Positions 1 through 7,206 of a stretch of DNA of 32,000 nt are shown here, one piece after another. The position numbers and the translations under genes were made by a program. Every line of letters starts with the position of its first letter. Position 1 is the first letter of the stretch. Origin of the DNA: Psychrobacter cryohalolentis K5 (GTDB lineage: Bacteria > Pseudomonadota > Gammaproteobacteria > Pseudomonadales > Moraxellaceae); the NCBI RefSeq assembly GCF_000013905.1, contig NC_007969.1, positions 1,830,001 to 1,862,000 of the forward strand, written 5' to 3'. The notes beneath the pieces were generated by a model that did no database searches, was not told where the DNA came from, and saw only the letters and a list, made by a program, of their open reading frames with translations.

Positions 1-216
1 TTAACGGCTGCACATCGCTCATTGCCATTAAACTGCTATGTTAGAGTGACTAACAAAACCAATGGTAAAAGCGTCATCGTTAAAGTAAATGATCGTGGTC
101 CGTTCCATGGTAATCGTGTGATGGATTTATCTTATGGTGCTGCCAAAAAACTTGGTATTACTGCTAAAGGTGTCGGCAACGTCGCTATTGAACGTGTTTC
201 AGGACCTTCTTCTTAA
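1..216 (+). CDS. rlpA: RlpA-family protein (septal ring lytic transglycosylase), C-terminal fragment; 5' end lies outside the window
   Basis: Frame 1 is open from base 1. LTAAHRSLPLNCYVRVTNKTNGKSVIVKVNDRGPFHGNRVMDLSYGAAKKLG matches the double-psi beta-barrel core of RlpA. Stop TAA at 214-216. The protein ends right after the barrel, with no SPOR domain. Confidence 0.8.
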   Translation, partial: LTAAHRSLPLNCYVRVTNKTNGKSVIVKVNDRGPFHGNRVMDLSYGAAKKLGITAKGVGNVAIERVSGPSS

Positions 217-287
217 ACCATTAACGTTTTAGACCATTCGCGGTTTAAGCCTTTAACGGTTTTGTACAAATATTTTTAGATTTAACT

Positions 288-323
288 AAAAGCGCCTAAC
301 TAATTGATAGTTAGGCGCTTTTT
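288..323. terminator. Bidirectional rho-independent terminator between convergent rlpA and radA
   Basis: Perfect 12-bp stem AGCGCCTAACTA (291-302) / TAGTTAGGCGCT (308-319) with a 5-nt loop, an A-run before and a T-run after. Confidence 0.8.
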
Positions 324-372
324 CGTGTCTTAAATTTATAAGGTTTATAGTTATAAATGTTAGATCAACAAA

Positions 373-1818
373 CTATAACTCGAATGCACTCGCAATCGCA
401 TCATCAAGACGTTCGACTGCAATGACATTAATGCCTTTAAACTGCGGCGCATCTTTGGCAGGCGCATTGGCTTTAGGAATAATGGCATGCTTAAAACCAT
501 GCTTCATGGCTTCCTTTAAACGCTCTTGTCCATTGGGTACAGGACGAATTTCTCCTGATAACCCCACTTCACCAAAGACCGCCAACGACGATGGCAAGGC
601 TTTTTCTCTAATGCTAGATGCACAGGCTAATAATACTGCCAAGTCTGACCCTGTTTCTATGACTTTGACACCGCCAACAACGTTGACATAGACATCTTGC
701 CCGCTGGTATGGATACCGCCATGGCGATGCATCACTGCTAACAGCATAGACAAGCGCTGAAAGTCTAATCCTAATGCCATACGTCTTGGTGAGCCTTGCG
801 AGTCATCAACTAAGGCTTGTACCTCTACCAATAGCGGTCTTGTGCCTTCTCGGCTGACCATAACCACAGAACCCGCCACGGGCTTATCATAGCGGCTCAA
901 AAATATCGCTGATGGATTGGCAACCTCTTTTAGTCCCATATCCGTCATGCCAAAAATACCTAGCTCATTGACCGCGCCAAAACGGTTTTTAACGGCACGA
1001 ATCATACGAAAACGCGAATCAGACTGACCCTCAAAGTACAATACCGTATCGACCATATGCTCAAGAACGCGTGGACCAGCAAGCGTGCCTTCTTTGGTGA
1101 CATGTCCCACTAGAAACAGCGCTGTACCTGTTTGCTTAGCATAACGCGTCAAAATCGCCGCTGACTCTCGAATTTGACTGACCCCGCCTGGTGCAGAGTT
1201 AATCGCATCAGTATAAATAGTCTGAATAGAATCAATAATAGCAATTGCTGGCTGCTCTTGAGTCAAGGCAGCACAAATAGTCTCGACATTGGTTTCAGCA
1301 AGCACACGAAGTCTGTCCGCAGGCAAATCCAAGCGCTTTGCCCGCATAGCAACCTGTGCCAATGATTCCTCACCAGTCACATACAAAGCGCTTCCTGCCA
1401 GTGAATCCGCTTTTGCCATATTGGTCGCGGTTTGCAATAGAATGGTCGATTTTCCGATACCGGGATCACCACCAATCAGTACCACAGAACCTGCAACCAA
1501 TCCACCGCCCAACACACGATCAAATTCACTAATACCCGTCGGCAACCTAGTATCTAAACCTACGCTCACCGCATTGAGCGGCATCACAGCACTATGCGTT
1601 CCTGCATAATTGCCCGCCGGTGTACCAGCACCACTTGCATTACGAGGTATGGCGCGACCAGCATTGGGCTTTGCTACGTTTTTATTATGATGTGGCATAC
1701 TGACGTTAGGCGCTTCAGTCAAGGTATTCCATTCGCCGCAATCACTGCATTGCCCTGCCCACTTGCCAAAATTAGCACCGCAAGCTTGACAGACATAACT
1801 GGTTTTATTTTTTGCCAT
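373..1818 (-). CDS. radA: DNA repair protein RadA/Sms
   Basis: N-terminal zinc finger CQACGANFGKWAGQCSDCGEWNT, Walker A GGDPGIGKST, KNRFG motif and a Lon-protease-like C-terminal domain. ATG start, TAG stop. A low-complexity insert follows the zinc finger. Confidence 0.95.
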   Translation of the reverse strand: MAKNKTSYVCQACGANFGKWAGQCSDCGEWNTLTEAPNVSMPHHNKNVAKPNAGRAIPRNASGAGTPAGNYAGTHSAVMPLNAVSVGLDTRLPTGISEFDRVLGGGLVAGSVVLIGGDPGIGKSTILLQTATNMAKADSLAGSALYVTGEESLAQVAMRAKRLDLPADRLRVLAETNVETICAALTQEQPAIAIIDSIQTIYTDAINSAPGGVSQIRESAAILTRYAKQTGTALFLVGHVTKEGTLAGPRVLEHMVDTVLYFEGQSDSRFRMIRAVKNRFGAVNELGIFGMTDMGLKEVANPSAIFLSRYDKPVAGSVVMVSREGTRPLLVEVQALVDDSQGSPRRMALGLDFQRLSMLLAVMHRHGGIHTSGQDVYVNVVGGVKVIETGSDLAVLLACASSIREKALPSSLAVFGEVGLSGEIRPVPNGQERLKEAMKHGFKHAIIPKANAPAKDAPQFKGINVIAVERLDDAIASAFEL

Positions 1819-2061
1819 AATATAGAAGCCTTATGCAGGTGTTCAAGTTTAAAAGAGAGAGTATATGAAAGGGAATGACGCTTATAAGCGTATTTTTGAA
1901 GATAAGAACTAAAGTATAAATATTAAGATAAACAAGCAGTTGCTGTAAGAAGCAATGTTTTATAGAAGGATTTTTGCAAACGGCACAATATAGAGATGGC
2001 TGACTAAGAATGCAAAGTAACAAATCTTATGTCAGCATAATTCAGTAATCAATCAATTAGT

Positions 2062-2859
2062 CTATACCTGAAAATCTTTACCAAGATACACAGATTTCAC
2101 CAGCTCATTTTCCAGAACTTCTTCTGAGGTACCCTCAGCAATGATAGCGCCTTCTGATACGATATAGGCTTTTTCACAAATCGCTAAAGTCTCACGAACA
2201 TTGTGATCAGTGATTAACACACCGATACCACGTCGTTTGAGCGCTAAAATGACATCTTTGATATCACCGACAGAGATAGGATCTACACCGGCAAAAGGCT
2301 CATCTAATAAGATAAACTTGGGGTCAGCTGCTAGAGCGCGAGCAATCTCACAACGACGACGCTCACCGCCTGATACGCTCATACCTAGAGATTTTCGTAC
2401 ATGTTCTAAGTGAAAATCACCAATGAGCTTTTCAAGCTCTTGACGCTGCTGGTTACCATTCAAATCTTTACGAGTTTGTAAAATGGCTAAAATATTGTCT
2501 TCAATGGATAGCTTACGAAAAATAGAGGCTTCTTGCGGTAAATAACCAATACCGGCACGCGCACGCTCATGCATAGCATATTTAGATAAGTCCATATTCC
2601 CCAAGGTGACACGGCCTTTATCCATATTGACCAGTCCGACTACCATATAAAAACTGGTCGTTTTACCGGCTCCATTTGGACCTAGCAATCCAACGACTTG
2701 CCCTTGCTCAACAGAGAATGAGACATCTTTGACGACCCAGCGCTTACCATAGCGCTTACCCAAGTTTTGCATCGACAAACGAGCGACCGGCTCAACAGCA
2801 TCATTCGCTGTTATGGTTTGATTCTCTACTAAAATGGCATTATTTTTATTATCATTCAT
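2062..2859 (-). CDS. lptB: LPS export ABC transporter ATP-binding protein LptB
   Basis: Walker [13 protein letters not shown] signature VSGGERRR, Walker [12 protein letters not shown]. It lies immediately downstream of lptA. It has about 25 extra N-terminal residues versus the enterobacterial protein, so the start is not certain. Confidence 0.92.
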   Translation of the reverse strand: MNDNKNNAILVENQTITANDAVEPVARLSMQNLGKRYGKRWVVKDVSFSVEQGQVVGLLGPNGAGKTTSFYMVVGLVNMDKGRVTLGNMDLSKYAMHERARAGIGYLPQEASIFRKLSIEDNILAILQTRKDLNGNQQRQELEKLIGDFHLEHVRKSLGMSVSGGERRRCEIARALAADPKFILLDEPFAGVDPISVGDIKDVILALKRRGIGVLITDHNVRETLAICEKAYIVSEGAIIAEGTSEEVLENELVKSVYLGKDFQV

Positions 2860-2939
2860 AACTTACTCATAAGGTGGTCGCATTTAAATGGATAGCAACC
2901 ACTGAAATGTTTAGTCGTTGGTTTATATTTATCACAGGA

Positions 2940-2962
2940 TATATGACTTAAGTCGTCATATA
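2940..2962 (-). other. Intercistronic hairpin directly after the lptA stop codon
   Basis: Perfect 8-bp inverted repeat TATATGAC / GTCATATA with a 7-nt loop. No U-run follows, so it is not called a terminator. Confidence 0.4.
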
Positions 2963-2964
2963 GC

Positions 2965-3534
2965 CTAACGTATACCGCTCTGACTGGTACTATTGTTAGG
3001 CGGGAATACCAATTCGACGCGCTGATTGCCGCCAGCAGTCGCTTCCACATCACCAGCTTTGAGGCTATAACGAATGACATTACCTGCGAAGCTTGCACCA
3101 TTTTGTACCAATTTTGCATTGCCCGTTAGTGTCACGATACCCGTCACAGCGTTATAGTCAATCTTATTTGCCTGACCTTTTGCCAGACCTTTTTCTTGCG
3201 TCACAACTTGCTGCATCGTCGCTGGACGCCCTGTTGCTACTGCAGAATTGATACTTCGACCTTGTGATAAATTGACCGTAATATTATCAGCGGTCATCTT
3301 AAACGTACCTTGAGTAATAACTACTGTACCAGAATAACTTGTAATACCACTACGCTCACTATAAGTGGCTTTGTCTGCCAATAATTTAATAGGCTGATTG
3401 GCATCTGACGGCAGAGCATGGCTGTATAGTGGGAGCGCCAACAGCATAACTACTGGCAGTGCACGCAATCTATGCGACACTTGAATAGAGCGTGTCGATA
3501 GCAAGCGTAAAGTAGGCAAAGAATTAGATTTCAT
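2965..3534 (-). CDS. lptA: LPS transport periplasmic protein LptA (OstA-like)
   Basis: Signal-peptide-like ALPVVMLLALPLYSHA followed by an OstA-type beta-jellyroll sequence (PIKLLADKATY..., TGNAKLVQ...), positioned between lptC and lptB. I chose the ATG at 3534. The track ORF extends to a TTG at 3573, and a GTG giving MSHRLRALPVV... is also possible. Confidence 0.85.
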   Translation of the reverse strand: MKSNSLPTLRLLSTRSIQVSHRLRALPVVMLLALPLYSHALPSDANQPIKLLADKATYSERSGITSYSGTVVITQGTFKMTADNITVNLSQGRSINSAVATGRPATMQQVVTQEKGLAKGQANKIDYNAVTGIVTLTGNAKLVQNGASFAGNVIRYSLKAGDVEATAGGNQRVELVFPPNNSTSQSGIR

Positions 3535-3599
3535 GAAAATTACTCGTTTTATAATGGGTAGTAGAGTTTGCAAACTTCCTGCTATAGTTAAAATATCTC

Positions 3600-3715
3600 A
3601 AAAACACTACAGTGCTGCTGGTATAAATTTTTTGCAGCCTCTGTCTGCATAGGCACAGCAAGCAAGAAAAATTAATATCAGCAGTACTTGATGTATCGAT
3701 ATTACTTTTCCCTGA
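3600..3715 (+). repeat. Palindromic MITE/REP-like element, copy 1 (in the lptC-lptA intercistronic gap)
   Basis: Aligns by eye to the reverse complement of 11904-12020. The central 76 bp (3612-3687) has about 6 mismatches. The 21-nt terminal inverted repeats are GTGCTGCTGGTATAAATTTTT / AAAAATTAATATCAGCAGTAC. Flank similarity extends to AAAAAC..TAC on one side and GTATCGATATT..CTTTTC..CTGA on the other. Confidence 0.8.
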
Positions 3716-3745
3716 CTATAGATGCTTCACTAAATAATATGCTAA

Positions 3746-4330
3746 TTAAAACAGGGCTTTGTCTTGACGGTCAGCGGGCGTAAAAGAGACAGCCACTTGA
3801 CCAAATTCATAGTCGCCCGTTTCAAGATTGGCTTTCATACTCGATGCCTCAAAACGGTTCATACCTTGTTCAACCTTAACTGGCTCATTACTATACACTT
3901 GACCTGACTTAGTATTGCCTTTCAATGTAGCACCAGTGACTTTAATAGGTTCAACTTCAGGATTAGCTGTTTTGCCTTCACTGATTAAAGAAAATCCACC
4001 TGATAAGCTCAGCTCGCCCGTCTGCTGACTGATAGCCGCTGTACCCGCTTCGATACGATAACGCTGCTTATCTGACGGCTCCCAATTCATGGTGATGCCT
4101 TTCATCTCATCTTTATTGGTAACCGGATTGTGCGTCAATGACTCAGCGCTCAGCTCATATTCGGTCTCGCCTTGCTCATTCGTTTGTACCGCCTTAATAT
4201 CTGTTGCTTCATAATCGACATCAGAGGTTTCAATATTGACTGGCGGCGTGATTTCTCCTTGCTGCTTAAAAAACCAACCAGCAAGACCAGCTATGATCAA
4301 GGTAATGACTATTAAAACACGAGTATTCAC
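3746..4330 (-). CDS. lptC: LPS export system protein LptC
   Basis: Single N-terminal membrane anchor VLIVITLIIAGLAGWFF, about 190 aa, in the conserved position between kdsC and lptA. The GTG start overlaps the kdsC stop (GTGA). Confidence 0.8.
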   Translation of the reverse strand: MNTRVLIVITLIIAGLAGWFFKQQGEITPPVNIETSDVDYEATDIKAVQTNEQGETEYELSAESLTHNPVTNKDEMKGITMNWEPSDKQRYRIEAGTAAISQQTGELSLSGGFSLISEGKTANPEVEPIKVTGATLKGNTKSGQVYSNEPVKVEQGMNRFEASSMKANLETGDYEFGQVAVSFTPADRQDKALF

Positions 4331-4893
4331 GATAAGTCATCCTGATTTTTTACTTCATCAAGCGTATAGTGCGCGATAAAGTCTTGGTAATGTCCATGAC
4401 CCTTTAAAATGAGATCACATACTTCACGTACGGCGCCTGTACCGCCGGCTCGCGTGGTTACCATATCACTGCGATTGATAACCTCTGCTTGGGCATTTGG
4501 CACAGTAACAGCAAATCCTACTGTTTGCATGGCTTTGATATCTGGCAAATCATCACCCATATAAGCGCAATCAGCAGCTGTGATATTAAGCGCCGGATCA
4601 AGGCTTGCCAGCAGCTCGTTTAATGCTACTAACTTATCATCACGTCCTTGGACAATATAATCTACGCCAATTTCAGTGGCGCGTTTATCGACCATAGGAC
4701 TGCTACGACCGGTAATAATCGCAGTCAAAATACCATAACGGGCTAATGACTTGACGCCTACACCATCATAGACAGAAAACGCTTTGGTCTCAACACCATT
4801 GGCATCATAGATAATTTGACCATTTGATAAAATACCATCAACGTCCATGACCAATAACTTCACTTGTCCGGCTTTCTTGATTAAGTCTTGCAT
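4327..4893 (-). CDS. kdsC: 3-deoxy-D-manno-octulosonate 8-phosphate phosphatase KdsC (HAD family)
   Basis: HAD motif I LLVMDVDGILSNG, motif GDDLPD, about 188 aa, downstream of kdsD. Confidence 0.92.
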   Translation of the reverse strand: MQDLIKKAGQVKLLVMDVDGILSNGQIIYDANGVETKAFSVYDGVGVKSLARYGILTAIITGRSSPMVDKRATEIGVDYIVQGRDDKLVALNELLASLDPALNITAADCAYMGDDLPDIKAMQTVGFAVTVPNAQAEVINRSDMVTTRAGGTGAVREVCDLILKGHGHYQDFIAHYTLDEVKNQDDLS

Positions 4894-4932
4894 CAGTCAT
4901 CTCTTTTATTAATAGATATTCTAATATAACGC

Positions 4933-5925
4933 TTATTTTACACCAGCTTGTAGTAAATCATGTACTGTAATAATGGCTTCTAGGCGCTGGTCATCATCGA
5001 TAATAAGCAATTGACTGATAGCATTCTCATTCATCACGCTAAGCGCATCTGATGCTCGCATAGATTTACTGATACGACGAGGGCTACTTACCATCAGCTC
5101 ACGCATCGGGGTCTGCAAATCAATGCCTTTTTCCAATCCTCGCCTTAAATCACCATCGGTAAATATACCGACTACTTTTTTCTCAGCATCTGTGACCACC
5201 GTCATGCCCAATCGCCCAGCTGACATGATAAATAATGCTTCTTGTAACGGTGCTTGCTGATTGATGAGTGGCAAGTCCTCTGTTTTAGTATGCATCAAAT
5301 CTTCTACGCGGGTCAGTAATTGACGACCCAATGCACCTGCAGGATGCGATAACGCAAAATCTTCTGAGGTAAAATTGCGGGCATGCACTAAGGCAACTGC
5401 CAATGCGTCACCGAGTGCTAGAGTTGCTGTGGTACTTGAGGTAGGAGCAAGATTGAGCGGGCAAGCTTCTTGCGACTTACCAAGAGTCAAGATAATATCC
5501 GCAGCATGTGGCAGCATACCTCGTTTATCTCGACTGATACTAATCAGCGGAATATTTAAGTGCTTGACCACAGGCAAGAGCATTTTTATCTCATCTGACT
5601 CGCCAGAGTTAGAGATGGCAAGCAACACATCCCCTTTGACCAACATTCCGAGGTCACCATGCCCTGCTTCACCAGGATGCATAAAGAACGATGGCGTACC
5701 AGTGGACGCAAATGTCGCCGCTATCTTACGACCAATCAATCCCGACTTACCCATTCCTGTCACAACCACACGGCCTTGACATGCCAAAATGATGTCACAA
5801 GCCTGAGCGAATCTATCATCTATTTGCTCGGTCAGTAATGCTAGTGCCGCCTTTTCAGTATTGATGGCATCAATAGCGGTACTAATAAATTGCTCATGGG
5901 TTAGATTGCGTTCAGGACTATTCAT
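4933..5925 (-). CDS. kdsD: Arabinose-5-phosphate isomerase KdsD (SIS + tandem CBS domains)
   Basis: SIS domain VVVTGMGKSGLIGRKIAATFASTGTPSFFMHPGEAGHGDLG and a C-terminal CBS pair, in kdsD-kdsC-lptC-lptA-lptB synteny. Confidence 0.93.
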   Translation of the reverse strand: MNSPERNLTHEQFISTAIDAINTEKAALALLTEQIDDRFAQACDIILACQGRVVVTGMGKSGLIGRKIAATFASTGTPSFFMHPGEAGHGDLGMLVKGDVLLAISNSGESDEIKMLLPVVKHLNIPLISISRDKRGMLPHAADIILTLGKSQEACPLNLAPTSSTTATLALGDALAVALVHARNFTSEDFALSHPAGALGRQLLTRVEDLMHTKTEDLPLINQQAPLQEALFIMSAGRLGMTVVTDAEKKVVGIFTDGDLRRGLEKGIDLQTPMRELMVSSPRRISKSMRASDALSVMNENAISQLLIIDDDQRLEAIITVHDLLQAGVK

Positions 5926-6140
5926 ACAGTGGCTCTATATTTTATTAATTTTTTGTTTGCAATGACTCTATGTTTTTGGCTGTATATTCTTATAATTTGA
6001 TGAATCATTTTACTATACATTTTATAATACTATGAACCATATTAATAATTATGGTCAATATTAATATGATGCTGTAGGAATACAGCCATAAGGCTATCTT
6101 GGACACATTAAAATGTTATTGCTTATAAGAATATCAATAC

Positions 6141-6164
6141 AAAAAAACCCACTATAGTAGTAGG
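6141..6164 (-). terminator. Probable weak intrinsic terminator of hfq
   Basis: On the minus strand, CCTACT / AGTGGG forms a 6-bp stem (one G-U pair) with a 5-nt loop, followed by a run of 7 T. It lies about 35 nt after the hfq stop. Confidence 0.5.
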
Positions 6165-6199
6165 TCTCAATATGATATCTCATGTCTTAGTAGGAGGGT

Positions 6200-6751
6200 C
6201 TAAGAGTTACTATCATCAGACTCGTCATTAGGTTTGTTGTCATAACCCACATTCTCTAACGGCGCTTCAAAACCACGATCTTGACCAAAACCACCACGCT
6301 CAAAGCCGCGCTCTTGACCTTGACCAAAGCTACCGCGCTCAAAGCCGCGCTCTTGGCCTTGACTAAAGCCACCACGATTAAAGCCACTACGATTGGCAAA
6401 ACCACGTTCTTCAAAGCCGCCGCCAGTAGCTGGATTTGCGCTACCGCCACGCTCAAAACCACCGCTCACACCGCCACTTTGACTCGGATAGCCCATCGGT
6501 GCTGCGCCTTGGCTTTGAGTAGTCGCGCTTGGCGTTGTACTGCTACGAGGATTACGTGCTGGGACGACTGTTGAGATAGCATGCTTATATACCATCTGAC
6601 TGACGGTATTTTTCAGCAAAACCACATACTGATCGAATGATTCTATTTGACCTTGCAGCTTAATACCATTGACTAAAAAAATAGAAACAGGAATGCGATC
6701 TTTGCGTAGTGAGTTCAAGAACGGATCTTGTAAAGTTTGTCCTTTTGACAT
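6200..6751 (-). CDS. hfq: RNA chaperone Hfq with a long glycine-rich repetitive C-terminal domain and an acidic tip
   Basis: Canonical Sm core [67 protein letters not shown] at 6751 is preceded by AGGAGA. The extra 29 codons in the track ORF (to 6838) lack an SD and are hydrophobic junk. The tail contains GFERG / GQERGFERG repeats and ends [13 protein letters not shown]. Confidence 0.93.
   Translation of the reverse strand: MSKGQTLQDPFLNSLRKDRIPVSIFLVNGIKLQGQIESFDQYVVLLKNTVSQMVYKHAISTVVPARNPRSSTTPSATTQSQGAAPMGYPSQSGGVSGGFERGGSANPATGGGFEERGFANRSGFNRGGFSQGQERGFERGSFGQGQERGFERGGFGQDRGFEAPLENVGYDNKPNDESDDSNS
6293..6370 (-). repeat. Tandem 39-bp coding repeat (2 near-identical units, degenerate copies on both sides) inside the hfq C-terminal domain
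   Basis: Units ACCACGCTCAAAGCCGCGCTCTTGACCTTGACCAAAGCT (6293-6331) and ACCGCGCTCAAAGCCGCGCTCTTGGCCTTGACTAAAGCC (6332-6370) encode the 13-aa units [13 protein letters not shown] / [13 protein letters not shown]. Confidence 0.85.
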
Positions 6752-7206
6752 GAAATCTCTCCTAAATATTATATAATTATTGTTAGCGCCAATTATTTTA
6801 AGGGTTACTGCAATTATAATGGCTAAGGGTAGATACAATAATAAGTTTTATTTATAAAACGTATCTAAATAAGTGCTAAAGCTTGTTAAATCATTCTACT
6901 TTATCGTGAATATGTCGTTATTTTCATAAATTAAGTAACCAAGTGTTGCATGGGTCACCTCTATCACCAAATGTTGATGAATAATCACTAAAAAGCAGTT
7001 AACGCTTGCAACAGTTAACACTTTCATATAATCAAATTATAACAGTTATATACATTATACTTTGAAACTAATTGTCATTACTTTGGTATCTTTGTATGAT
7101 GTTATACGGTCATGCTGTGTTTTTATTACTACAGCTCGACCATTGATATTACAGAACACTAATGGTCTGGCAAATCTAGATATAGGCAAACGACTGATAT
7201 CATTCA

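Noticed and set aside
422-1878. Several plus-strand ORFs (422-691, 1174-1365, 1289-1609, 1594-1878)
   Set aside because: All are antisense shadows inside radA. Their products are low-complexity with no motifs.
1805-2023. 72-aa minus-strand ORF in the lptB-radA gap
   Set aside because: It overlaps the radA start in another frame, has AT-rich codon usage and no SD, and its product has no recognisable features.
2856-3119. 87-aa minus-strand ORF spanning the lptA end and the lptA-lptB gap
   Set aside because: It is out of frame with, and overlapping, the supported lptA gene. It has no SD.
5375-5779. 134-aa ORF on the plus strand
   Set aside because: It lies entirely antisense to the well-supported kdsD gene. 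It is Ala/Pro/Ser-rich mirror-frame translation with no SD or domain.
6256-6574. ORFs 6256-6462 (-) and 6281-6574 (+), Ala/Leu/Val/Thr-rich
   Set aside because: They are alternative-frame or antisense readings of the hfq Gly-rich tandem repeat region. The repeat keeps all frames open.
6752-6838. 29-codon N-terminal extension of hfq in the ORF track
   Set aside because: The canonical Hfq N-terminus MSKGQ starts at 6751 with AGGAGA upstream. The extension is hydrophobic and AT-rich and has no SD. The same logic was applied to 28432-28497 (carO-like), 26112-26123 (pal), 30887-30916 (mmsB) and 14153-14227 (UDG-like, which would overlap a terminator).
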